From positions 1-52,969 of the forward strand of contig JAPLMD010000044.1 in assembly GCA_026387235.1 (NCBI GenBank): DNA of 52,969 nucleotides, given 5' to 3'. Shown here one piece after another: positions 18,760-26,998 of the stretch. The stretch's first letter is position 1. Each line of letters starts with the position of its first letter. This stretch comes from Candidatus Omnitrophota bacterium. Lineage in GTDB: Bacteria > Omnitrophota > Gorgyraeia > Gorgyraeales > Gorgyraeaceae. Under the pieces are notes generated by a model. That model ran no database searches and had not been told where the DNA came from. It saw nothing but the letters and a program-made list of their open reading frames with translations. The translations under genes were made by a program, and so were the position numbers.

Positions 18760-20271
18760 ATGCAACAAGCAATGAATCAGCCGGCCCGCCATATCACAGC
18801 CCGCGAAGACCGCATTCCTATTTTTCAAAAAGCCATATACAGTATAGGAGGACTTGTTAATAGCCTTCAGGCTGCCGCTCTTGGAGCGATGGTCATTGTT
18901 TTGAACATCGGATTAGGCATGAATCCCGCTTTAGTAGGCCTGGTGGGAGCTATTCCCCGTCTTATCGATGCCATATCAGATCCTGTTACCGGTTACTTTT
19001 CAGATAATTTTCGAACCCGATGGGGACGCCGCAGGCCTGTTATATTATTTGGAGCGATTACAGGAGGGATTTTCTACGCATTGATGTTTCAACTATATAA
19101 GGGGCATAGCGAAAGTTTCTATTTCTGGTATTTCGCGCTTTTCCAGTCTCTCTATTTCCTTGGATTTACCTGTTTTTCAATCCCATGGATCGCGCTAGGG
19201 TATGAAATGACACCCGATTATCATGAGCGAACACGACTGCAGGGGGCCAGCAATTTTATCGGTCAATTTGCCTGGGTGATCGCTCCCTGGTTCTTCAAAA
19301 TCATGGACAACAAGAGTATGTTCACAGATATTGTTCATGGAGCGCGAATCCTGTCAATAATCCTCGGCGCCTTTATAGTGGTTGGCGGTATACTTCCAGC
19401 TATTTTCAATAAAGAGCGTTTCGGTGACTTAGCGAAACCTAAAAGAGAAAAGGGGGCTTGGAATGTTACGAAAGACTTCTTTAGCGGTTTTGCGGTTGCT
19501 TTCAAATGTCGTCCATTTGTTAAGCTTTGCGCGGTAACATTCTTGATCTTCAACGGATTCATGCTCGCTTCCGCCTTCTCAGCCTATGTTATTTTCTTCT
19601 ATGTTTATCACGGCGATTATTCAAAAGGCGGGACATTGCTTGGTTGGTTTGGAACGGTTAGTTCCGTTTGTACTTTCTGCGTTATCTTCTTGGCCACATG
19701 GCTCTCCACAAAGATCGGAAAGCGAAACACCTTTATAAGCACCATTTCCATTTCAATCATCGGTTACGCTTTGAAATGGATAGGGTATAACCCCAATCAG
19801 CCATACTTACTGCTGATTGCTGCTCCATTCATAGCGTTTGGCCTGGGATCGCTCTTTACACTGGTCGGCTCTATGGTAGCTGATGTCTGCGACCTTGACG
19901 AGCTTAAAACCGAAACGCGCAGAGAAGGAATGTTTGGTGCTGTTTACTGGTGGATGGTAAAACTAGGATTGGCAGTTTCATCGCTTCTCTCCGGAATCCT
20001 CCTCAATGTGACCGGCTTCAATATTGCATTAGGCGCCAACCAAACAGCTAAAGCTTTATTGTATATGCGGTTCTGCGATATCGGCATTCCGATCGCGACC
20101 TCTTTAGCCGCTATTTTTATTATTATGACCTTTGACATCTCAGAAGCTAAGGCATATGACATTCGTAAGCAGGTCGAAAGACGAAGAGAAGAAAGACGAA
20201 GCGAAGAAAGGCGAGAAGAAGAAAGGCGAGAAGAAGAAAGGCGGAGCGAAGAAAGACGAAGCGAAGTGTAA
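18760..20271 (+). CDS. glycoside-pentoside-hexuronide (GPH) family cation symporter with Glu/Arg-repeat C-terminal tail
   Basis: Start at the ATG at 18760 with an AAGGAGG SD. The track start at 18712 overlaps the ROK gene. It carries the GPH hallmark DAISDPVTGYFSDNFRTRWGRRRP and about 12 hydrophobic helices. Confidence 0.9.
   Translation: MQQAMNQPARHITAREDRIPIFQKAIYSIGGLVNSLQAAALGAMVIVLNIGLGMNPALVGLVGAIPRLIDAISDPVTGYFSDNFRTRWGRRRPVILFGAITGGIFYALMFQLYKGHSESFYFWYFALFQSLYFLGFTCFSIPWIALGYEMTPDYHERTRLQGASNFIGQFAWVIAPWFFKIMDNKSMFTDIVHGARILSIILGAFIVVGGILPAIFNKERFGDLAKPKREKGAWNVTKDFFSGFAVAFKCRPFVKLCAVTFLIFNGFMLASAFSAYVIFFYVYHGDYSKGGTLLGWFGTVSSVCTFCVIFLATWLSTKIGKRNTFISTISISIIGYALKWIGYNPNQPYLLLIAAPFIAFGLGSLFTLVGSMVADVCDLDELKTETRREGMFGAVYWWMVKLGLAVSSLLSGILLNVTGFNIALGANQTAKALLYMRFCDIGIPIATSLAAIFIIMTFDISEAKAYDIRKQVERRREERRSEERREEERREEERRSEERRSEV
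20176..20265 (+). repeat. six tandem 15-nt purine-rich repeats (GAAAGRCGRAGMGAA) encoding (ERR[SRE]E)x6
   Basis: Units start at 20176, 20191, 20206, 20221, 20236 and 20251. They form the last 30 codons of the GPH gene. Confidence 0.9.
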
Positions 20272-20284
20272 TATAAGCTTCAAT

Positions 20285-20327
20285 AAAAAGCCGGAAGCTT
20301 GCTTTTAGAGCCTTTAAGAAGGACTGT
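20285..20327 (+). repeat. 43-bp direct repeat, copy 2 (intergenic, after the GPH gene)
   Basis: Identical to 18565..18607. Confidence 0.95.
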
Positions 20328-20330
20328 TTT

Positions 20331-20350
20331 CCGTATCATAACCGTATCAT
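20331..20350 (+). promoter_or_regulatory. direct repeat CCGTATCAT-aa-CCGTATCAT abutting the -35 of the efflux operon promoter (candidate operator)
   Basis: Exact 9-nt units at 20331-20339 and 20342-20350, one nucleotide upstream of TTGACA at 20351. Confidence 0.4.
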
Positions 20351-20379
20351 TTGACAAAATAATAATATTATGATATACT
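20351..20379 (+). promoter_or_regulatory. sigma70-like promoter of the efflux operon
   Basis: TTGACA (20351-56), 17-nt spacer, TATACT (20374-79) with an extended -10 TG (tgaTATACT). A GGAGAAGG SD precedes the ATG at 20400. Confidence 0.6.
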
Positions 20380-20399
20380 TCTCGGAAACAGGAGAAGGC

Positions 20400-22202
20400 A
20401 TGCGTATAAAATGTATCATATTATTTTATTTCTTTGTATTTATTGCAGTTACAATAATTTTTCCTACCGTATCATCTGCATATAGTCAATCTCAGGAAGA
20501 TATAACTCAATATATAACAGATATATCCAAAGATATATATAAGTCTATTCCGAAACCAGATTCGTCTATTTTATATAATTCAAAAGGCGAGACAAAGCTG
20601 AAGATTTTTCTTTCTCCTTGGGGAGAACTTAAGGATGCGTATATTTCAGAATCATCCGGCAACAGGGAATTGGATAATCTATGTTTAAAAACAGTATGGA
20701 TGTATAAAAGATATCAGCCGTTTCCGGAGGCTTTGGGAAATGAAGATTTGTGGATAGATGTGCCGATAATATTTGATATTGGAGTTCTTCGAGCGAGCCC
20801 CTCGGCTTCGTTCGGGGTAAACTCAGCGAGTCGAGAAGTAGTAAATTTAGGCATCAACGAAGCAGTGGACATAGCATTAGAAAATCATATGGCTGCAAGC
20901 ATAGCCCGGGAAGAAATAGAATTGTCTAAACTAAAAATAAGAGAAGCCAGGAGAGCGCTTTATCCTGCTGCAAGCCTCAACTATCTTGAAACAACCGGAA
21001 AAACTACAGGCACAACCCAGGATTTTACAGATAAAGAATATAAGTTGAAATTTGAATACCCTCTTTATTACGGATGGAGGCTGAGGTATGCGGTTGAACA
21101 GGCTGCGAGCAATATGAAGGCCTCCACGTTTAATTATGACAAGGTGCTCCAGGACTTGAGGCTTGAAGTGGAAACCTCATTTTATTCATATATAGCTGCC
21201 AGGATGAGTTTTAAATTACACAAGTCTCTTCTAGAAGAGGCAAGCAAAATACTCTCGACTGCTAAGAAAAGATTTGATGCAGGTCTCAGCACAAAGGCTG
21301 AATATATTCAGATAGAATCGCAGTTTAAGCAGATAAATTATCAGATAGTTTCAAGCGAGAATGAAGTGACTATGGCAAAGCTTAATCTTATGCAGGCCAT
21401 GAATGCAGGAGATGGCGAGAAAATTATAGATGAGATAGATAGATATCAGGAAAAAGACCTGGAACCTGTCGATATAAATATCGCTCTTGACGAGTGCATG
21501 GAGCTCGCTTTAAAATCCAGGCCTGATTTGAAGGCAAAAGAATACAGCCTTGAAGCAAATGACTATGAACGCAAGATTGTAGAAAGCAAAAACCAGCTTA
21601 GGGTGGATTTGACAGGGACCTATGGTAAGTCAGGCGGGGCTTACGAGAGCGAAACCCTAGCGCTTGGCCCTGACTGGTATCTTGGAGTGAAAGTTACAAA
21701 ACCTCTCGGAGGTAATACCATTTCAACTGCAATGACAAAAGAAAGGACAAGCCAGAAACATGGCCAGTCCACAAGGACCGAATCCATGAGTAAGTCTGTA
21801 GAGATGGGGCTGTTAAATAACCTGCAGCAGTTTTCTGAGGAAAAATCCGCAGAGATAGGGTATAAAAAGGCAATGGACGAAGTAGGCCAGGCAAGGGACA
21901 GTATTGCAAAAGAAGTGAAGGATGCGTATCTCAGTTATAAAAAGGGGCTTGTCCAAATAAGCTCAAATCTCAACAAGATAAAATACAGAGAAGAGGAGCT
22001 TAAAATAGCCAGGGCGCGCGTTGAAATAAACGAGATATCGCTTTCAGAATTTATGCAGGCAAATATGAGTCTTACAGATGAAAAAGGTTATTATATAGAG
22101 GCCTTGGGAAGCCTGTATCAATCGCTGGCGAAGTTGAATAAAGCAACAGGGTATGCGCTGTTTCTGGATGATGAAAATTTTAAGCTGGCTGATGTAAAAT
22201 GA
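20400..22202 (+). CDS. TolC-like outer membrane efflux protein with N-terminal TonB-C-like domain
   Basis: Start at MRIKCIILFYFF (signal peptide). Residues ~60-130 (GETKLKIFLSPWGELKDAYISESSGNRELDNLCLKTVW..YQPFP....LWIDVPIIFDI) follow the TonB C-terminal pattern. The rest has the two-repeat coiled OEP/TolC style (YPAASLNY..., RPDLKAKEYSLEA...). Confidence 0.7.
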   Translation: MRIKCIILFYFFVFIAVTIIFPTVSSAYSQSQEDITQYITDISKDIYKSIPKPDSSILYNSKGETKLKIFLSPWGELKDAYISESSGNRELDNLCLKTVWMYKRYQPFPEALGNEDLWIDVPIIFDIGVLRASPSASFGVNSASREVVNLGINEAVDIALENHMAASIAREEIELSKLKIREARRALYPAASLNYLETTGKTTGTTQDFTDKEYKLKFEYPLYYGWRLRYAVEQAASNMKASTFNYDKVLQDLRLEVETSFYSYIAARMSFKLHKSLLEEASKILSTAKKRFDAGLSTKAEYIQIESQFKQINYQIVSSENEVTMAKLNLMQAMNAGDGEKIIDEIDRYQEKDLEPVDINIALDECMELALKSRPDLKAKEYSLEANDYERKIVESKNQLRVDLTGTYGKSGGAYESETLALGPDWYLGVKVTKPLGGNTISTAMTKERTSQKHGQSTRTESMSKSVEMGLLNNLQQFSEEKSAEIGYKKAMDEVGQARDSIAKEVKDAYLSYKKGLVQISSNLNKIKYREEELKIARARVEINEISLSEFMQANMSLTDEKGYYIEALGSLYQSLAKLNKATGYALFLDDENFKLADVK

Positions 22203-22247
22203 AGCCCATGGTTCCTTGCTTGGGCGAATGTATGAGAAGAGGGGGTT

Positions 22248-23471
22248 ATGAAAAAAAGTTCAAAGGCATTGATTATAGGTTTTATAGCTTTATGGATACT
22301 GGTTTTCGGATTGATGTGGGCAAAGGCATTAGTTAAAAAAGGAAAGACAAGCGGCCTGGATTCCTTAAAACAAATGGTAACCAAAATGACCGCAAAGAGC
22401 GAAGCTAAAAAAACAGGCCCTGAAAAAGGGCCTGAGGCAGGCGAAGGCGGCGAAGAACAGAAAGAAGCTGTACCTGTGAGGTGTTATAAGGTCGCGCCCA
22501 TGGATTTTAAAGACGATCTTCCTGTTATGGGCACTGTAAAAGGAGGCTTGGAAATATCGCTTAAGTTTGAGATTAACGGCGTGATAGATTCCATAAATTT
22601 CAGGGAAGGCGATATGGTCAACAAAGGAGACATAATAGCGTCTCTTAACAAAAAAGATGCGCAGCTAAAAGTGGACTATGCAAAAAGTAAGCTGGAATCC
22701 GCAAAGACTCAGGCCCTTGCCGCAAAAAAGAAATATGAGATAAATAAGAATCTTTACGATATAGGAGGCATTATAAAGGCTAAATTAGAAGAAGTGGAGC
22801 TGGAAGCAAAAGCTGCTGGCGAACAGGCTAAGTCGGCAGAGGTAGAGCTTAAATCCGCGGAAGCGGAGTTTCAAAAGACAGATCTGGCCGCGTCCCGCGA
22901 GGGGGTCCTGGGTATAAGAGAAGCCGAGGCTGGAGAATTTGTGACGCCGAATAATAAAATCGCGACTCTTTATGACATAAAAGAGGTATTTGTAGAGCTT
23001 GGCATAGTAGAGAAGGATGTTGATAAGGTTATGCTTGGGCAGAATGTTATAGTAACAGTGGACTCGCATTCCGGAGCCACATTTAACGGCAAAGTAGATT
23101 ATATCTATCCTGTTATAGAAGGAAAATCCAGGACCCTGACTGCCAAAGTCAAGCTTCCTAATCCTGACGTTCAGCTTTTACCAGGGATGTTCGCGAGGGC
23201 CATGATAACAGTAGCTGAATTCAGCAATGCAATAGTTATCCCAAGCTTAAGCCTGAATAAAAAAGACGAAGGATATACTGTGTCGGTAGTCAACGAGCAG
23301 AATAAAGTGCAGATTAAGCCGGTCAAGGTAGAATATGTTACTACAGATTATTCCGTTGTAAGCGAAGGCCTTTTTGAAGGGGAGTTAGTAGTGACAGAGA
23401 CGCCGCAAGAATTAAAAGAAGATATGCCTGTTCAAGTTATAGAAGTCCAGGAAAATACCTCAGCTAAATGA
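22248..23471 (+). CDS. efflux RND periplasmic adaptor (membrane fusion protein, HlyD family)
   Basis: GAGGGGG SD and an N-terminal membrane anchor. It has lipoyl-like and coiled-coil hairpin segments and a beta-barrel region (LLPGMFARAMI), and sits between the TolC-like and RND genes. Confidence 0.85.
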   Translation: MKKSSKALIIGFIALWILVFGLMWAKALVKKGKTSGLDSLKQMVTKMTAKSEAKKTGPEKGPEAGEGGEEQKEAVPVRCYKVAPMDFKDDLPVMGTVKGGLEISLKFEINGVIDSINFREGDMVNKGDIIASLNKKDAQLKVDYAKSKLESAKTQALAAKKKYEINKNLYDIGGIIKAKLEEVELEAKAAGEQAKSAEVELKSAEAEFQKTDLAASREGVLGIREAEAGEFVTPNNKIATLYDIKEVFVELGIVEKDVDKVMLGQNVIVTVDSHSGATFNGKVDYIYPVIEGKSRTLTAKVKLPNPDVQLLPGMFARAMITVAEFSNAIVIPSLSLNKKDEGYTVSVVNEQNKVQIKPVKVEYVTTDYSVVSEGLFEGELVVTETPQELKEDMPVQVIEVQENTSAK

Positions 23472-26400
23472 AGCTACCAGACCTTTCAATAAATAAACCT
23501 GTAACCGTAACAATGATTTTTTTAGGGATCGTGCTGATGGGCATGATCTCTTTAGGCAGGCTTCCGCAAGAATTGTTTCCGGCCATTTCCTATCCTCAAC
23601 TTACCATAGCGACAACATACGAGAATGCCGCTCCCGAAGAAGTAGAAACCCTTATAACAAAGATTATAGAAGAGGCGGTTGGCACTGTCGGCAATCTTAA
23701 GCGGATCAGCTCTACTTCAAAAGAAGGTATTTCACTTGTAACAACAGAGTTCAACTGGGGAACCAATATGGATTTCGCTTCTTTAGGGGTCAGAGAAAAG
23801 ATAGACCTTGTTAAAGAAAGACTGCCCCTGGGTTCAGCGGACCCTATTGTAATGAAGTTTAATCCATTCGAACTCCCCGTAATGACTCTCAGCGTTACGG
23901 GCGAAAAGACGCCTTCAGAGCTTTTAAAACTTACCAGAAAATTTATAAAAGATGAATTAGAGAAGGTGCCAGGCGTTGCGTCCTGTAATATAACGGGCGG
24001 ATTAGAACGAGAGATAGTCATATCGATTGATCAGGCAAGGTTACGAGCGTCCGGCATAGCGATAAATAAAATAGTGGATGCTCTCAAGTCTTCAAATCTT
24101 AATTATCCTGCAGGCACAATAGAAGAGCGTTTTTATGAGTATCTTATACGCACAATCGGAGAATTTGAGATAATCTCTCAGATAAAGGATACAGTTGTAG
24201 GGGTTGACGAACCTGAAAATCAGAGAACTGCTTCGGCAGAAAACCAAGAGGCTCAAAAGAAGAAAGAAGAGAGAGCAAGGCTTGTCTATCTGAAAGATAT
24301 AGCGGAGGTAAAAGATACGTTCCAGGAACGCGCCAGCATTTCAAGGTTTAACGGCAAAGAAAATATATCAGTATCTGTTTTAAAACAGGCTGGCTCTAAT
24401 ACACTACAGGCGGCGGATAATGTTAAGAAAAGACTCAATCTTATAAAAAAGGATTTACCATCCGGCATAACCGTCAATATAGTGTACGACCAGTCTATCT
24501 TTATCAAAAAATCAATAAGGGATGTCGGAGATGCAGCGTGGCAGGGCGGTTTTCTGGCATTTCTTGTCCTCTGGCTATTTTTAAAGAAGTTAAAGCCCTC
24601 CATAATAGTGGCGCTTTCAATACCGATTTCAATAATGATAACATTTACACTCATGTATTTCAGCGGCATAAGCCTTAACATGCTTTCTCTTGGCGGGCTT
24701 GCTTTGGGTATAGGCATGCTTGTGGACGCAGGTATTGTAGTTATTGAAAATATATCAAACCATATTCAGGCAGGGAAAGAATTAAAAGAGGCCGCCAGGG
24801 TCGGGGCAAATGAAGTAGAGAGCCCTATATGGGGCTCTGTCATGACAACCGTTGTTGTTTTTCTGCCTATGATATTTGTTACAGGTATAGCGGGCCAGCT
24901 ATTTAAAGAAGTGGCAATAACTGTTACATACTCTCTTATGGCTTCTCTGTACGTATCTTTATCATTGATCCCTTTATTTGTAACCATCGGGAAAAAGAAA
25001 AAACCCGGCTCTGGCGAAGAAGCGCCTATGGGTACAGGTTCAGAGCTCAAATTAGTCAAGTGGATGGGGACTGCATATGGCAAATCTTTACCGATTGCGC
25101 TTAAAAATAAATGGCTGGTAATATCCGGAGCTATTGTCCTATTCTTATTCAGCATGGTAATATTCCGGTTTCTTAATCAGGAGTTTATGCCTAAGATAGA
25201 CCAGCGCGAATTTGTGATGAAAGTAAATCTTATGACTGGCGCAAGACTTGAAATAACAGACTCGGCCATTAAAAAGATAGAAAAAAAGCTTTTAAATAAT
25301 AAGGATGTAGATAGCGTAGCGGTTACTATCGGCTCCAGCAAAGAAAAAACGATGGGAGATGTAGTTGAGACTCTTGGTTCGCATCAGGCTAACATCATCG
25401 TTAATCTTAAAAAAGGCAAAGAAAAAGGTAAATTAAGCACTTCCCAGATAATACAGAATCTTAAGAAAGAGCTTGATAAGGAAAACCTGGAAGGCGCGGA
25501 AGTAGAATATATTTTACAGGAAAGCATCTTTAAGAGCGCGTTGATGGGCAGCGCGCCTATAGTAATAGAAATAAAAGGCCACGATCTTAATTTTACAAAA
25601 AAACTTTACGAAGAGCTTCGTCTTGGTTTAGCTAAGATACCCGGGGCCTATGGAATAAGAACCAGCCTTGCGCCTCCTGCGCCTGAGACAAAGGTGAATA
25701 TTATTAAAGACAAGGCTGCTTTGTATAATCTTTCGGTAGGCTCAATATCTCAGGCAGCGCATGTTGCTGTTAAAGGAGTTACTGCCACAAAGTTTAAAGA
25801 AGAGGGAAGAGAGATAGACATAAAGGTAAGATTAAGGCCGGAAGACAGAAAAAAACTTTCCAGTATCAGGAATATATTAATCCATTCGCCTCTAGGGATA
25901 GATGTCCCGCTTTCAGAGGTTGCTTACATCTCTCACGGAGTCGGGCCCAGCGAGATAAAAAGGCTTGATCAGCAAAGGGTAATATTGATGACGGCGAATG
26001 TTACGGGCAGGCCTCTTGATAAAGTAATATATGACGTTAATAAGATGATAGATTCTATAATGGCCAGACACGCTGATATCAAGAAACAGGCAGCGAAACA
26101 GGTTGAAAAGGATTTTACAATCGAGCTCGCCGGAGAAAATCAGGAAATGAAAGAATCGTTTTTAAGTTTGATGTTTGCTTTGATACTTTCAGTGCTTCTC
26201 GTGTATATGATCATGGCTAGCGAATTTGAATCATTCTGGCAGCCTTTTATTATCATGTTTACCCTGCCGTTATCTTTAATAGGCGTTTCGTGGACTTTAT
26301 TTTTAACGCATACACCTATCAGCGTTATTGTTATATTGGGTGTAATCACGCTTGGCGGAGTCGTAGTAGATAACGGGATTGTTTTGATAGATAAAATAAA

Positions 26401-26998
26401 CAATCTCAGAATTGAAGGTAAAGATCTTATAACAGCGGTAATCCAGGCCGGGTCAAACAGATTAAGGCCTATAATGATGACTTCATTCACTACGGTTTTA
26501 GGGCTTCTCCCATTAGCGCTTGGCCTTGGGGAAGGTTCTGAACTCCAGGCCCCTATGGCAATAACCGTAATGGGCGGCCTTACTGTCTGCACTTTCCTGA
26601 CGCTTTTTGTAATACCGGCGCTTTATGTTACAACCGCAGCGTGGTTAGAGAGAGGAAAACCTAAAGTTGCGCCTAGCGCAGTATCTGTTATGCCTGAACC
26701 GGTTAAACCGGAACCTGCTGCGATAACACAGTCTGAGCCAAAGCCTGTAATGGATATAGTAGCAATGCCTTCAAAGGCCTTGGCCCTGGAAAAACCAAAA
26801 GGCCCGGATCTTACCAGGAGACAGGTTCAGTTGTTGGAACATATAAAGAATTCCGGAAGAATCACAAGAAAAGAGTACTCGGATTTATTTAAGATATCAG
26901 TGCCTACTGCGGCGCGGGATTTAAAATATCTCATGGATAAAGGTTTTTTAAAAGCAGAAGGGCCGCTCGGGCCTGGAAGATGGTATGAACTAAAATGA
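23468..26998 (+). CDS. RND (AcrB/HAE1-like) efflux permease with Pro-rich linker and C-terminal winged-helix domain
   Basis: ATGA overlap with the adaptor gene and typical RND 12-TM/two-loop organisation. After the last TM helix there is a PEPVKPEP-type linker, then LTRRQVQLLEHIKNSGRITRKEYSDLFKISVPTAARDLKYLMDKGFLKAEG, a wHTH of the kind found at the C terminus of Fic/DeoR-like proteins. Confidence 0.85.
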   Translation: MKLPDLSINKPVTVTMIFLGIVLMGMISLGRLPQELFPAISYPQLTIATTYENAAPEEVETLITKIIEEAVGTVGNLKRISSTSKEGISLVTTEFNWGTNMDFASLGVREKIDLVKERLPLGSADPIVMKFNPFELPVMTLSVTGEKTPSELLKLTRKFIKDELEKVPGVASCNITGGLEREIVISIDQARLRASGIAINKIVDALKSSNLNYPAGTIEERFYEYLIRTIGEFEIISQIKDTVVGVDEPENQRTASAENQEAQKKKEERARLVYLKDIAEVKDTFQERASISRFNGKENISVSVLKQAGSNTLQAADNVKKRLNLIKKDLPSGITVNIVYDQSIFIKKSIRDVGDAAWQGGFLAFLVLWLFLKKLKPSIIVALSIPISIMITFTLMYFSGISLNMLSLGGLALGIGMLVDAGIVVIENISNHIQAGKELKEAARVGANEVESPIWGSVMTTVVVFLPMIFVTGIAGQLFKEVAITVTYSLMASLYVSLSLIPLFVTIGKKKKPGSGEEAPMGTGSELKLVKWMGTAYGKSLPIALKNKWLVISGAIVLFLFSMVIFRFLNQEFMPKIDQREFVMKVNLMTGARLEITDSAIKKIEKKLLNNKDVDSVAVTIGSSKEKTMGDVVETLGSHQANIIVNLKKGKEKGKLSTSQIIQNLKKELDKENLEGAEVEYILQESIFKSALMGSAPIVIEIKGHDLNFTKKLYEELRLGLAKIPGAYGIRTSLAPPAPETKVNIIKDKAALYNLSVGSISQAAHVAVKGVTATKFKEEGREIDIKVRLRPEDRKKLSSIRNILIHSPLGIDVPLSEVAYISHGVGPSEIKRLDQQRVILMTANVTGRPLDKVIYDVNKMIDSIMARHADIKKQAAKQVEKDFTIELAGENQEMKESFLSLMFALILSVLLVYMIMASEFESFWQPFIIMFTLPLSLIGVSWTLFLTHTPISVIVILGVITLGGVVVDNGIVLIDKINNLRIEGKDLITAVIQAGSNRLRPIMMTSFTTVLGLLPLALGLGEGSELQAPMAITVMGGLTVCTFLTLFVIPALYVTTAAWLERGKPKVAPSAVSVMPEPVKPEPAAITQSEPKPVMDIVAMPSKALALEKPKGPDLTRRQVQLLEHIKNSGRITRKEYSDLFKISVPTAARDLKYLMDKGFLKAEGPLGPGRWYELK

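Noticed and set aside
20275-20307. A weak hairpin, AAGCTTC-N12-GAAGCTT followed by GCTTTTA, as the terminator of the GPH gene.
   Set aside because: The stem is only 7 bp with a short, interrupted T-tract, and part of it belongs to the 43-bp duplication. It is too weak to call.
20786-20838. The GC-rich segment in the TolC-like gene (cttcgagcgagcccctcggcttcgttcggggtaaactcagcgagtcgagaag) as an inserted hairpin repeat.
   Set aside because: The arms are direct-repeat-like rather than complementary, with only a short CCCC/GGGG pairing. It reads as a Ser/Ala interdomain linker and has no clear match to the other repeat families.
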